Virus record (IMG/VR): IMGVR_UViG_3300033182_000980
Coordinates: 311,692 to 375,691 of that record
Reading direction: 5' to 3' (one strand)
Length of the DNA stretch: 64,000 nucleotides
Within the stretch, counting starts at the first letter, position 1. The number at the start of each line of letters is the position of its first letter. Positions 56,863 to 64,000 of the stretch are shown one piece after another. The notes under the pieces were generated by a model. It worked only from the letters and a program-made list of their open reading frames with translations. It was not told the origin of the DNA and made no database searches. The position numbers were made by a program, and so were the translations under genes.

Positions 56863-57253
56863 TGTCCTCGTTTTGGTCTGTACTATCGGCAAGAACCCAT
56901 AAGAGAGCGGCCACATCTGGATATTTACTAGCTATCTTACCCATGTCGCCCTCATTGATGAGATCATCAAACTCAAGATTGAACTCGTCTCTGATTTCTT
57001 CCTCTGTTTTTTGGGGCTTGAAGAAAGGACAGGTGTTTGGTGTGGATGGGTCACAGATCACACCATCCCACTCTTTAGGTTTCTCTGCATCTTGGAGGCA
57101 AACATAAAACAAAGGGTCATTAGCATTGCCTCGGACTAAACCGGAGTGAGAACAGTTGCAAGGCTTCTTCGACATACCATTGCGAATAGCCTTTTGAAGA
57201 AGCCGATGTTTGACTTGCTTGAGCTTATGTCTGATTGCACCTTGTTTCTTCAT
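56852..57253 (-). CDS. Cys-rich hypothetical protein
   Basis: PCNCSH..VC..IC..TCPFF. Confidence 0.7.
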   Translation of the reverse strand: MKKQGAIRHKLKQVKHRLLQKAIRNGMSKKPCNCSHSGLVRGNANDPLFYVCLQDAEKPKEWDGVICDPSTPNTCPFFKPQKTEEEIRDEFNLEFDDLINEGDMGKIASKYPDVAALLWVLADSTDQNEDNDD

Positions 57254-57873
57254 TACTTTATTCTCTTTAAGGTAGCACCATTCTTACTTGGTGTGATCTT
57301 GTATCCTATATCACAGTTATCAGCAATGGTCGGATCATGTGTAATACACAAAATGTCCATATCTAAGCGTTGACAGAGAACCTTGAGAAAATCGACTAGA
57401 ATCTCTACTCGGTTTTCGTCCACAGCAGGGAATGTCTCATCAAGAATGAGGACAGGTCTTAGGTTTCTCTTAAGGATTAAAGAAATCCTTAACAAGAGGC
57501 TCTGTATCGTGGTGACAGCTCCACCAAAAGCGTCTAAGCCATCTCCCTCAATCTCAAGCCCATCTTGACCTTTAAAGGTGGTTTTGAGATTGACTGCTAC
57601 CTTACCACGAACCTTTGTGATCTCGGCTGTCAGCCCAACCTCTTGTTCGGGGAAGATCGCCTTCAACCCCTCTTCTAAGAGGGAGATATAGGTCGATACC
57701 CCTCGCTCTACTTCATCTTGAGCGAGAGTGTCGAGGATGACCCCTGCTTCTGTCTTTTTATCTTTATCTAGCTCAAGGAAAGCGATCTCGTTTTCGAGGT
57801 CGTCTATGCGTTTTTCACACGATTCCTTGAGCGTTTTTAATCGGTAAAATCGAGAAGCAAGGTCATTCATCAC
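57253..57873 (-). CDS. sbcC: SbcC/Rad50-like ABC ATPase, C-terminal half only
   Basis: Coiled coil, FGG signature, LILDE Walker B, ITH H-loop; no Walker A. Confidence 0.75.
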   Translation of the reverse strand: MMNDLASRFYRLKTLKESCEKRIDDLENEIAFLELDKDKKTEAGVILDTLAQDEVERGVSTYISLLEEGLKAIFPEQEVGLTAEITKVRGKVAVNLKTTFKGQDGLEIEGDGLDAFGGAVTTIQSLLLRISLILKRNLRPVLILDETFPAVDENRVEILVDFLKVLCQRLDMDILCITHDPTIADNCDIGYKITPSKNGATLKRIK

Positions 57874-57874
57874 A

Positions 57875-59080
57875 TTAAAGCATCCAACCTATAATAGAAA
57901 CAGTCTGTACTCCAGAGTCTTGATCGGACTTAAAGAGCATATAACCCTTGTTGCCCTCACGAGTACACCCAAAGACGATGTTATCATTATAGATTTCTAC
58001 TGCCTTTTTGATCGACAAATAGTTAAAATCGAAAGTGGCGATGTCGTCACCCTCACCAGCCTCTTTGAGCCGAGTCGCATACATCAAGTTGGAGAGGTCT
58101 GTGATCTCTTCGAGTGGCTTCTCTGCATCCTCGAATGGGGGCACTTCGAGATTGTATGAGATCGTCTTACTGTTAGACGAGTTCATCTCAAGGCTAGGAG
58201 GCAATAAAGCCTCATCTTCGGGGTCTTTGAATGTGACTTTATAGTTGGTCTTATCAGCAAACGCTGACAAGAATGTAAGCCCATTCATAAAGTTATCCTT
58301 AGACAGCCTCCAAACCCTACGAGGCGTCCAGTTAAACGCATCAGCATATTGCTGTGTGATGGGAGGGTAGGTGTAAGGCAGATCCATTACAGCGAATAAC
58401 GCACCGTCCTCTGCCTTAAAGAATGTCGCTTGACCACCACTAAGGACTTCAATCACATTACCGTCATATGCTTTGAGGAACTTCATCAGTGGTGCGATGT
58501 CCTTGTAGTGGATCTTTACATCCATCCCTTGAAGGTCATCGTGTCGGGACATATTAAGCATATATCCGTCACAGGCAATCGCTTTACCACCCTCGATCAA
58601 GATCATTGCAAGCTCTGGTCTACGGCTATCATCTTGTGATACATACTGTCGGTTTGTATTAAGCGTATCATAGAGGATAGAAGCAGAAATCTCTCCGACC
58701 TTAGTCGCTTGTTTGAACTTCTCGACCCAAGGAGGGAATGCTTCGGGATCTAATGAGACTGTGGTTGCCTCACCCTCACTGCCCTTTAAGGATACTTCCT
58801 TCTCCTCATCGTTGTACTCAATCTCAACGACACCTGTCATAACATTAGTCGCTGAGATTAAACGCTTACCCTCGATAGAAAAAGACCCTTTATCTTGAAC
58901 TGTAGCACCGATGACAGGGATCTTTGAAAACTGACGAGGGGGAGAACAAGCCATGACGCTCACACCAGCTTCTTCGGCAGAGAAGATAAAGTGTGAGGTG
59001 ATGTCTTGATTTGTACCCAAAGTGTTCTGAGCGATTGATAGGGTTTCTTTCAAGTCTTGTGCTGAGACTGTAATCTTCAT
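57875..59080 (-). CDS. dnaN: DNA polymerase III beta-like sliding clamp
   Basis: MKITV...L, F.....FP, VSQDDSRRPEL..I...G...IACDG, YP motifs of beta clamps; 401 aa. Confidence 0.7.
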   Translation of the reverse strand: MKITVSAQDLKETLSIAQNTLGTNQDITSHFIFSAEEAGVSVMACSPPRQFSKIPVIGATVQDKGSFSIEGKRLISATNVMTGVVEIEYNDEEKEVSLKGSEGEATTVSLDPEAFPPWVEKFKQATKVGEISASILYDTLNTNRQYVSQDDSRRPELAMILIEGGKAIACDGYMLNMSRHDDLQGMDVKIHYKDIAPLMKFLKAYDGNVIEVLSGGQATFFKAEDGALFAVMDLPYTYPPITQQYADAFNWTPRRVWRLSKDNFMNGLTFLSAFADKTNYKVTFKDPEDEALLPPSLEMNSSNSKTISYNLEVPPFEDAEKPLEEITDLSNLMYATRLKEAGEGDDIATFDFNYLSIKKAVEIYNDNIVFGCTREGNKGYMLFKSDQDSGVQTVSIIGWML

Positions 59081-59340
59081 AGAGAATCTACTCGACTTTC
59101 AATGCGTGTGATGACTTGCTCTGCATCCAACAGAGCTTCGTTAAGTTTGGTGATTGCCTCTTGCCTTTCAGCTTTGAGGCGATTGATTTCATCTTCAAGA
59201 GTGTCGGGGTTAATACCCCTTTCGACCAATCTTTTATCAAGCTCCGAGAGACTTGATCTGGCTGCTTCTAGCTTACCAAGCAAACGCTCTCGCCTTCGCT
59301 CAATGTCTAGTTTTTTATTTACGAGTTGTTCAAGATCCAT
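59077..59340 (-). CDS. Small coiled-coil protein
   Basis: Heptad repeats around GINP; SD. Confidence 0.7.
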   Translation of the reverse strand: MDLEQLVNKKLDIERRRERLLGKLEAARSSLSELDKRLVERGINPDTLEDEINRLKAERQEAITKLNEALLDAEQVITRIESRVDSL

Positions 59341-59383
59341 TTGAACTTTCCTTTCGTAGTGTGGTTATCAACCATTATATGAT

Positions 59384-60358
59384 TTACTTCATATTGAGGT
59401 TGATAATCCCCCCACCTTGTTCAGTCGGGTCTGGTGTCTTTGTTTTACCTAGACCACGCTTCGCCGCATTACGCTTCTTTTGTGCTTGTCGTTCTTCACA
59501 GATGTTCTCGAACTTACACCAAGTACAGTGCTTAGGGATTGGGTTAGGCTCAAACACCCCCCTGTGGATAGCACGATTAGTTTCAATCGCCTCTTTCCCT
59601 AGCCTACGAATATCGTCATCTGTGATCTTCACTTCAACAAATCCAGTCCACTCATCATCTGGATTTGCAAAGTGCTTCTCTGGAGGGTTTGATCGAGGAT
59701 ACCTAAAGTAAAAGAACCCAAGCCGATCTGGTACTTTCCCATATTGTAATCTAAAACAAAGGGCATACCACCGAAGCTGATCTTCGTCCTCATATTTCAT
59801 TGGAGTAGATGCGTTCTTACCATCAAGGATATGAACCTTGCCCTCCTTGTCTCGATATACAAGGTCAGCAATACCACATACATTAAAGTATTTGTTCATA
59901 GGTGGGGTCATACGCAACTCGGACTTCGCATACGGCCCAAGAAATCTATGCTCTTTTAAAATCTCAAGAAAGTTTTGAGCACCTTTATGACAGATGTCCA
60001 TTGCTTCTTCTCTAGTCATATATGACCAGATCACATAGTGGCGTTGCTCTGCTTTGGCAAACGCTTGATCAACGATCTCCTTGATCTTTGTCTGTATCGT
60101 CTTAGGATCACGATACAACTCATGGTCGTATATTTCCTCAACCACAGTAGATAATACAGTACCCATTAACTGATGATGCTCGGAGTCTTTTGACTCATCA
60201 GGCAATGGCTTTGGCTTTCCTTTACCAGCCCCTAAATCATGGTCGGGGTGTCCTTTATGCCATAGGTATTGTTGAGGGCAAGCCCTCATCATTTTCAAGT
60301 GAGACCAGTATATGTTTCTCATGGGATCGTCCAATACTTCGGTGTTAGGTTCACCCAT
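59384..60358 (-). CDS. PD-(D/E)XK RecB/AddB/Cas4-like exonuclease with a likely Fe-S cluster
   Basis: ACPQQY; GIADLV...ILDGK; QLRWYAL; CTWC...C. Confidence 0.85.
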   Translation of the reverse strand: MGEPNTEVLDDPMRNIYWSHLKMMRACPQQYLWHKGHPDHDLGAGKGKPKPLPDESKDSEHHQLMGTVLSTVVEEIYDHELYRDPKTIQTKIKEIVDQAFAKAEQRHYVIWSYMTREEAMDICHKGAQNFLEILKEHRFLGPYAKSELRMTPPMNKYFNVCGIADLVYRDKEGKVHILDGKNASTPMKYEDEDQLRWYALCFRLQYGKVPDRLGFFYFRYPRSNPPEKHFANPDDEWTGFVEVKITDDDIRRLGKEAIETNRAIHRGVFEPNPIPKHCTWCKFENICEERQAQKKRNAAKRGLGKTKTPDPTEQGGGIINLNMK

Positions 60359-60459
60359 ATTGTACCTCCTATCTAGTTAAAGTTGACGACCCTCTTCCTT
60401 ATATGTTTGTAATCCCTTTATGACCCCTAGATTATGTAGCAAACGCATTTGGGGGTCTT

Positions 60460-61344
60460 ATGTTAGACAGAGTAGTACAACGACACATGGTTAGGCTTGC
60501 TTGCCAAGTAGCTTATGAGCAAACCCCTAACTTGAAGAAAGCACACGCTTCGGATTTCTCTCTTGAAGCAATCCAAGTAATCGCCAAGCACTTAACCTCC
60601 AATAGCCGTCAAGACTTTACGCAGAAGAAGGCTTTTTTCTCCATAGTAAAAAAGGTCAAGCAACTCATCGACCTCTTTAAGAAAGCACCTCAAGCGTGGG
60701 ATAAGTTTAAAACCATGCTAGGTATTACTTCTAGCGGTGTGGCGATGGTTAAAGAAATCGACACAAAGCTCGGTAATCTTCTTGAGGAGGGGAAGAAGAA
60801 GCTCGACCAAGTAGCTAAAAGAGTATGGAGTGAAATACCCATGCTTAAGTTGATTGGTGAGGTTCTTGAAGAAAAGAACAGGTGGGAAGTAGCATTAGAG
60901 AACGCAAAAAAGTTTGTACCAGAAAAGGTATTGAATGCGTTTAAAGCGATTGAATCTAGTGCCACATCAATAGGCGATTATTTAGATGACCTATTAAGCA
61001 AGTCTAAGACCCTCAAAGCATTATCAGCACCAATCAAAATCTATCTGTTTTTTCAGATATGGGATTGGTTTGCTGACTTTGACTTTAGGGTCGTGGTGGC
61101 AGGTATTCTCGGCACGATTGATTTCAAAGACTTGATCGCCCTATTACCCTCGGAGGGTATCGAGATCATCCTTGAGCTTGTACTACCCCCACCAGCCAAT
61201 GGAGCGTTAGCAAAGCTCATAATAGAAGTGGGGGTTGCCTCTGCCTTTGCCATGATTATGGTGCTAGAGATCAAACACTTGATGAAGGTCTACAAGGTAA
61301 ACAACACCAAAGACCTCTTAGTAAAGCTAGAGGCTAATGGCTAA
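60460..61344 (+). CDS. Late-type helical/membrane protein
   Basis: MLDRVVQRH...RLA...KKA N-terminus; hydrophobic C-terminal helices. Confidence 0.7.
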   Translation: MLDRVVQRHMVRLACQVAYEQTPNLKKAHASDFSLEAIQVIAKHLTSNSRQDFTQKKAFFSIVKKVKQLIDLFKKAPQAWDKFKTMLGITSSGVAMVKEIDTKLGNLLEEGKKKLDQVAKRVWSEIPMLKLIGEVLEEKNRWEVALENAKKFVPEKVLNAFKAIESSATSIGDYLDDLLSKSKTLKALSAPIKIYLFFQIWDWFADFDFRVVVAGILGTIDFKDLIALLPSEGIEIILELVLPPPANGALAKLIIEVGVASAFAMIMVLEIKHLMKVYKVNNTKDLLVKLEANG

Positions 61345-61346
61345 TC

Positions 61347-62573
61347 TTAGTTGAAGAGATCGTCTAGCTCGTCCATAGCCGCTTGAGCATCACCACCGAG
61401 CTTGCTTGATGGCTCTGTCTTGATCTCTGGTTCATCTTCCTTCTTCTTGGAAGTAAGATAACCACGCACTTGACCAAACATAACATCAAGCCAGTTAGCA
61501 GGGAGAAGGTTTCGGAAGCCCTCAAGACCTTGACCCTTATGTTCTGTGCCTGTGGTTGGGTCAGCCCAAGTGTACCAAGCACCACCCTTCTTCACGACAC
61601 CGACAGAAATCGCAAGGTCAAGCACAGTACGCTCATTGTCTACACCAACCCCATTCATAAGGTAGAACTCGGATTCATGTTTATAAGCGTCTGACACCTT
61701 ACACTTATCGAGGGTAGCACGAACGATGTTGCCCTTGACGGTATCAATCATCTTGTTCTGTAGACCGTCCCACTCCTTACCTCGATCCTTACCAACCACA
61801 CGAAGCATGATCTTGAGGCTTGAGTAGTAAGTCCATGCTTGACCACCTTGAGGCTTACGAGTCGGACCACCACCAAAGCCACCCATACCACCGATAGCTT
61901 CACGAAGCTGAGAAATCCCGATAACCGCAGTGTTCGAGTCAGCGATTACACGCTTAAAGAGAGGAAGGAACTGCGACCATTGTCGGGCGAGAAGTCCGAC
62001 AGCAGATTGCTCACCAGCTTCCTTTTGGAACATCTTTTCGGGAACACCAGCACCCACAGAGTCAACCACGATAAGGTCAACACCTGCCGATGCGAACTTG
62101 ACCATGAGCTTGAACCCTTGCTCAAGGGTTTCGGGCTGTAGGAGCATAAATTTAGATTTGTCTGTAACAGGCACACCGAGCATTTGAGCATAACGAGGTT
62201 CGACCTCATTCTCCCAGTCAATGTAGACACAAGTTCCACCTTCCTCATTACAAATCGAGGCGGCTGTCTGGAGAGCGATAGTGGTCTTACCTGCACCTGC
62301 AAGCCCATAGATATTGGTGATGCGTCCACGAGGTATGCCAGGACAGGGGCGTACACCTTGAGCGTTCTCTTTACCCCCGATGAGATAGTCGAGAGAAACA
62401 GAACCTGTGCTGATATGAGGCATGGAGGTAGACAGAGAATCGAGATCAAGCTCTACAAGAGCCGAGTCTTTCTGACCCTTTTCAGCTTCGTTGAGGACAC
62501 CAGCGAGATCGACACCTTTTAGGGCCGACTTTACCTTTGAAGATTTTGACTTTGATGTTTTGGCTTTAGCCAT
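61347..62573 (-). CDS. recA: RecA recombinase
   Basis: ISTGS..LD, GIPRGRIT, GLAGAGKTT, IVVDSV, ISQLR, GG.A..YY, K.GAWY; start moved to MAKAK after SD. Confidence 0.95.
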   Translation of the reverse strand: MAKAKTSKSKSSKVKSALKGVDLAGVLNEAEKGQKDSALVELDLDSLSTSMPHISTGSVSLDYLIGGKENAQGVRPCPGIPRGRITNIYGLAGAGKTTIALQTAASICNEEGGTCVYIDWENEVEPRYAQMLGVPVTDKSKFMLLQPETLEQGFKLMVKFASAGVDLIVVDSVGAGVPEKMFQKEAGEQSAVGLLARQWSQFLPLFKRVIADSNTAVIGISQLREAIGGMGGFGGGPTRKPQGGQAWTYYSSLKIMLRVVGKDRGKEWDGLQNKMIDTVKGNIVRATLDKCKVSDAYKHESEFYLMNGVGVDNERTVLDLAISVGVVKKGGAWYTWADPTTGTEHKGQGLEGFRNLLPANWLDVMFGQVRGYLTSKKKEDEPEIKTEPSSKLGGDAQAAMDELDDLFN

Positions 62574-62684
62574 GAACGCACTCCTTAAGAATGAGGTTAA
62601 TGGGACGACTTCAAGACCCTTATATGATCTTCTCATTTATAGTCTATTTATAATTTTATTTTCTATGTAAGAGGAGAGACAAAC

Positions 62685-63017
62685 ATGATTTACAACACTT
62701 TAGCACACATTGGAGATACTGTTCCGTGTCAAGTCGCTTGGCTAGGAACAGACCTTAAACCTCTTGATGTTCAGAATGTTGAGGCGACTCTCTTTCACTA
62801 TGTAGGGGATGTACGCACTGTATTAAGTGGACCAAACGCAATGGTAGCCACGGATCAAGCTCATCGCTTCGTGTATCGCTTTACCGTACCAGATAGCGTT
62901 TTAGGACAAACTATATTTGTTGAGTTTAAAGCAGAGTTAGTAGCAGACAACACGCTCATCTATGGCGAACAAACTATCTCAGTCTCTTCAAGAGACACTT
63001 TCATTGAGGTGGTGTAA
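62685..63017 (+). CDS. Ig-like beta protein, putative virion component
   Basis: Beta-strand pattern; late-type motif at 62640. Confidence 0.6.
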   Translation: MIYNTLAHIGDTVPCQVAWLGTDLKPLDVQNVEATLFHYVGDVRTVLSGPNAMVATDQAHRFVYRFTVPDSVLGQTIFVEFKAELVADNTLIYGEQTISVSSRDTFIEVV

Positions 63018-63019
63018 TC

Positions 63020-63340
63020 ATGGCAGTTATTTTTGAACAGCGTACACAGCTCGGTCCGAATGACTTGAGGGTAGAAATATATGACAGTCAAGGGAATGGT
63101 TTTGACCCATACTTAATACGCTATGAGTTTTATGGAGAGGATCATACGAGAGGAGAGTGGAGGGTCGGTTTAGGGGGGAGGACACCTGTGAGAGAGGAAG
63201 CAGGTAAATACTATGTCGGTGAAGTGATGTCGGCTGGATTTATACCTGGATCATACTTTGTTCGTTGGGTTATTCAGCGAACTGAAACCTCACCTCTTGA
63301 AGTGATCAAAAAACAAGAGTTTGCCTTGATTGGATACTAA
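63020..63340 (+). CDS. Ig-like beta protein, putative virion component
   Basis: GKYY.....PG.Y.VRW pattern. Confidence 0.6.
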   Translation: MAVIFEQRTQLGPNDLRVEIYDSQGNGFDPYLIRYEFYGEDHTRGEWRVGLGGRTPVREEAGKYYVGEVMSAGFIPGSYFVRWVIQRTETSPLEVIKKQEFALIGY

Positions 63341-63342
63341 CT

Positions 63343-63558
63343 ATGAAAATAATCCTACACTTTGCCATAGCATTAACTTTTTACTCTTGCGATCAATCCG
63401 AGATACCCGAAGAAGATAATCGCACTGAATGTGAAAAGGCGTTAGATCATATTCAAGAGTGTGTCGGGTACAGACCATACCTTAGAACCTGCTCGGTTGA
63501 AGATGCTGAAAAGATCCTCTCTACACCTTGTGAAAACATTAAGGAATTGTGGAGATGA
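63343..63558 (+). CDS. Putative lipoprotein
   Basis: Signal peptide ending FYSC; Cys-rich. Confidence 0.6.
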   Translation: MKIILHFAIALTFYSCDQSEIPEEDNRTECEKALDHIQECVGYRPYLRTCSVEDAEKILSTPCENIKELWR

Positions 63559-63561
63559 GGT

Positions 63562-64000
63562 ATGGCTATAAAATATGAAGTAGAAATGAAAGAGCGATAC
63601 TTGGCTATCGTTCTCCTCGACATAATAGGTAGTACAGCATTTGTCCAGAGGAATGGTGCTGTGGTCGCCGCGAAATGGTTTCAAGTACATGATCGTCTTG
63701 CTCGATCACTTGTCTATAAACACAATGGTAGAGAGATTGATCGGTCTGATGGATTTCTATTATCCTTTGATCGCATCATTGATGCTGTTAACTTTGGGCT
63801 GGCTTATCAGAAAACAGTCCCTAAAAAAACGAACCTACAAACTCGCATTGGTATTCACTGGGGCAAGATCATCGAAGTTAAACAAGATGATGTCTTTGTC
63901 GGTGCTGGTGCAAAGCGTGTAGAGCTTGAGGGTCTAGCCAAAAACATAGCCGCTCGCACAATGAGCCTCTGCCAAGCAGGACAGGTTTTACTTACTAAAG
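63562..64000 (+). CDS. Class III nucleotidyl (adenylate/guanylate-type) cyclase, truncated by the window end; absent from the ORF track
   Basis: Hand translation: AIVLLDIIGST...GREIDRSDGFL...RIGIHWG...EGLAKNIAARTMSLCQAGQVLL. Confidence 0.85.
   Translation, partial: MAIKYEVEMKERYLAIVLLDIIGSTAFVQRNGAVVAAKWFQVHDRLARSLVYKHNGREIDRSDGFLLSFDRIIDAVNFGLAYQKTVPKKTNLQTRIGIHWGKIIEVKQDDVFVGAGAKRVELEGLAKNIAARTMSLCQAGQVLLTK

Larger units (their letters stand above)
5603..62628. promoter_or_regulatory. Dispersed class II motif WWCATATAA, putative middle promoter
   Basis: Minus copies 5603, 6211, 29490, 41926, 55393/55404, 59375, 60399, 62620; plus copies 37366, 41900, 51212, 52169; roughly 27-57 bp before starts. 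Confidence 0.5.
2480..62651 (+). promoter_or_regulatory. Dispersed class III motif TAGTTTNTTTAT, putative late promoter
   Basis: Copies at 2480, 6186, 54243, 55373; variants at 29457, 53203, 60410, 62640; 45-63 bp before starts. Confidence 0.6.

Noticed and set aside
59384-60358. Cas4 as evidence of CRISPR-Cas
   Set aside because: It is a stand-alone PD-(D/E)XK nuclease among recA, clamp and sbcC; no cas1/cas2 or array.
1-64000. Stop-codon reassignment
   Set aside because: Long conserved genes are intact in code 11, and TAA, TAG and TGA all end genes at sensible positions.

Overview
A 64-kb segment of a large (jumbo-type, probably myovirus-like) dsDNA phage genome in the standard genetic code; no host genes, rRNA, CRISPR array or IS element were recognised. 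Left (1-21.2 kb): end of a gp5/VgrG-like spike gene, a DenV-family glycosylase, small accessory genes and a minus-strand virion operon containing a 3049-aa protein. Centre (21.3-50.8 kb): many small presumed early genes. Most sit in units made of the motif GTAACCCCTTATCTATA, a hairpin and a strong SD (32 exact copies of the 11-mer GTAACCCCTTA counted by eye, 30 of them in this region). The centre also holds a CobS/CobT-like AAA + zincin + vWA triad and two tandem, covarying tRNA-like RNAs whose anticodon loop is replaced by extra hairpins (37.8-38.1 kb). Right (51-64 kb): lipoproteins, possible lysis genes, RuvC, the C-terminal half of SbcC, a beta-clamp-like protein, a RecB/Cas4-like nuclease, RecA and a class III nucleotidyl cyclase cut by the window edge. 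Best novelty candidates: (i) scattered genes sharing a portable ~23-aa leader (MRRSASE.I..LEMR.ARLE), each behind the same putative late promoter and fused to unrelated cargo, one cargo resembling a DUF4258/RelE-type RNase; (ii) the tRNA-mimic RNA pair; (iii) the promoter-hairpin cassette array; (iv) a nine-member divergent ExGF...IRxxW protein family. All family assignments are from motif recognition by eye; no database searches were run.
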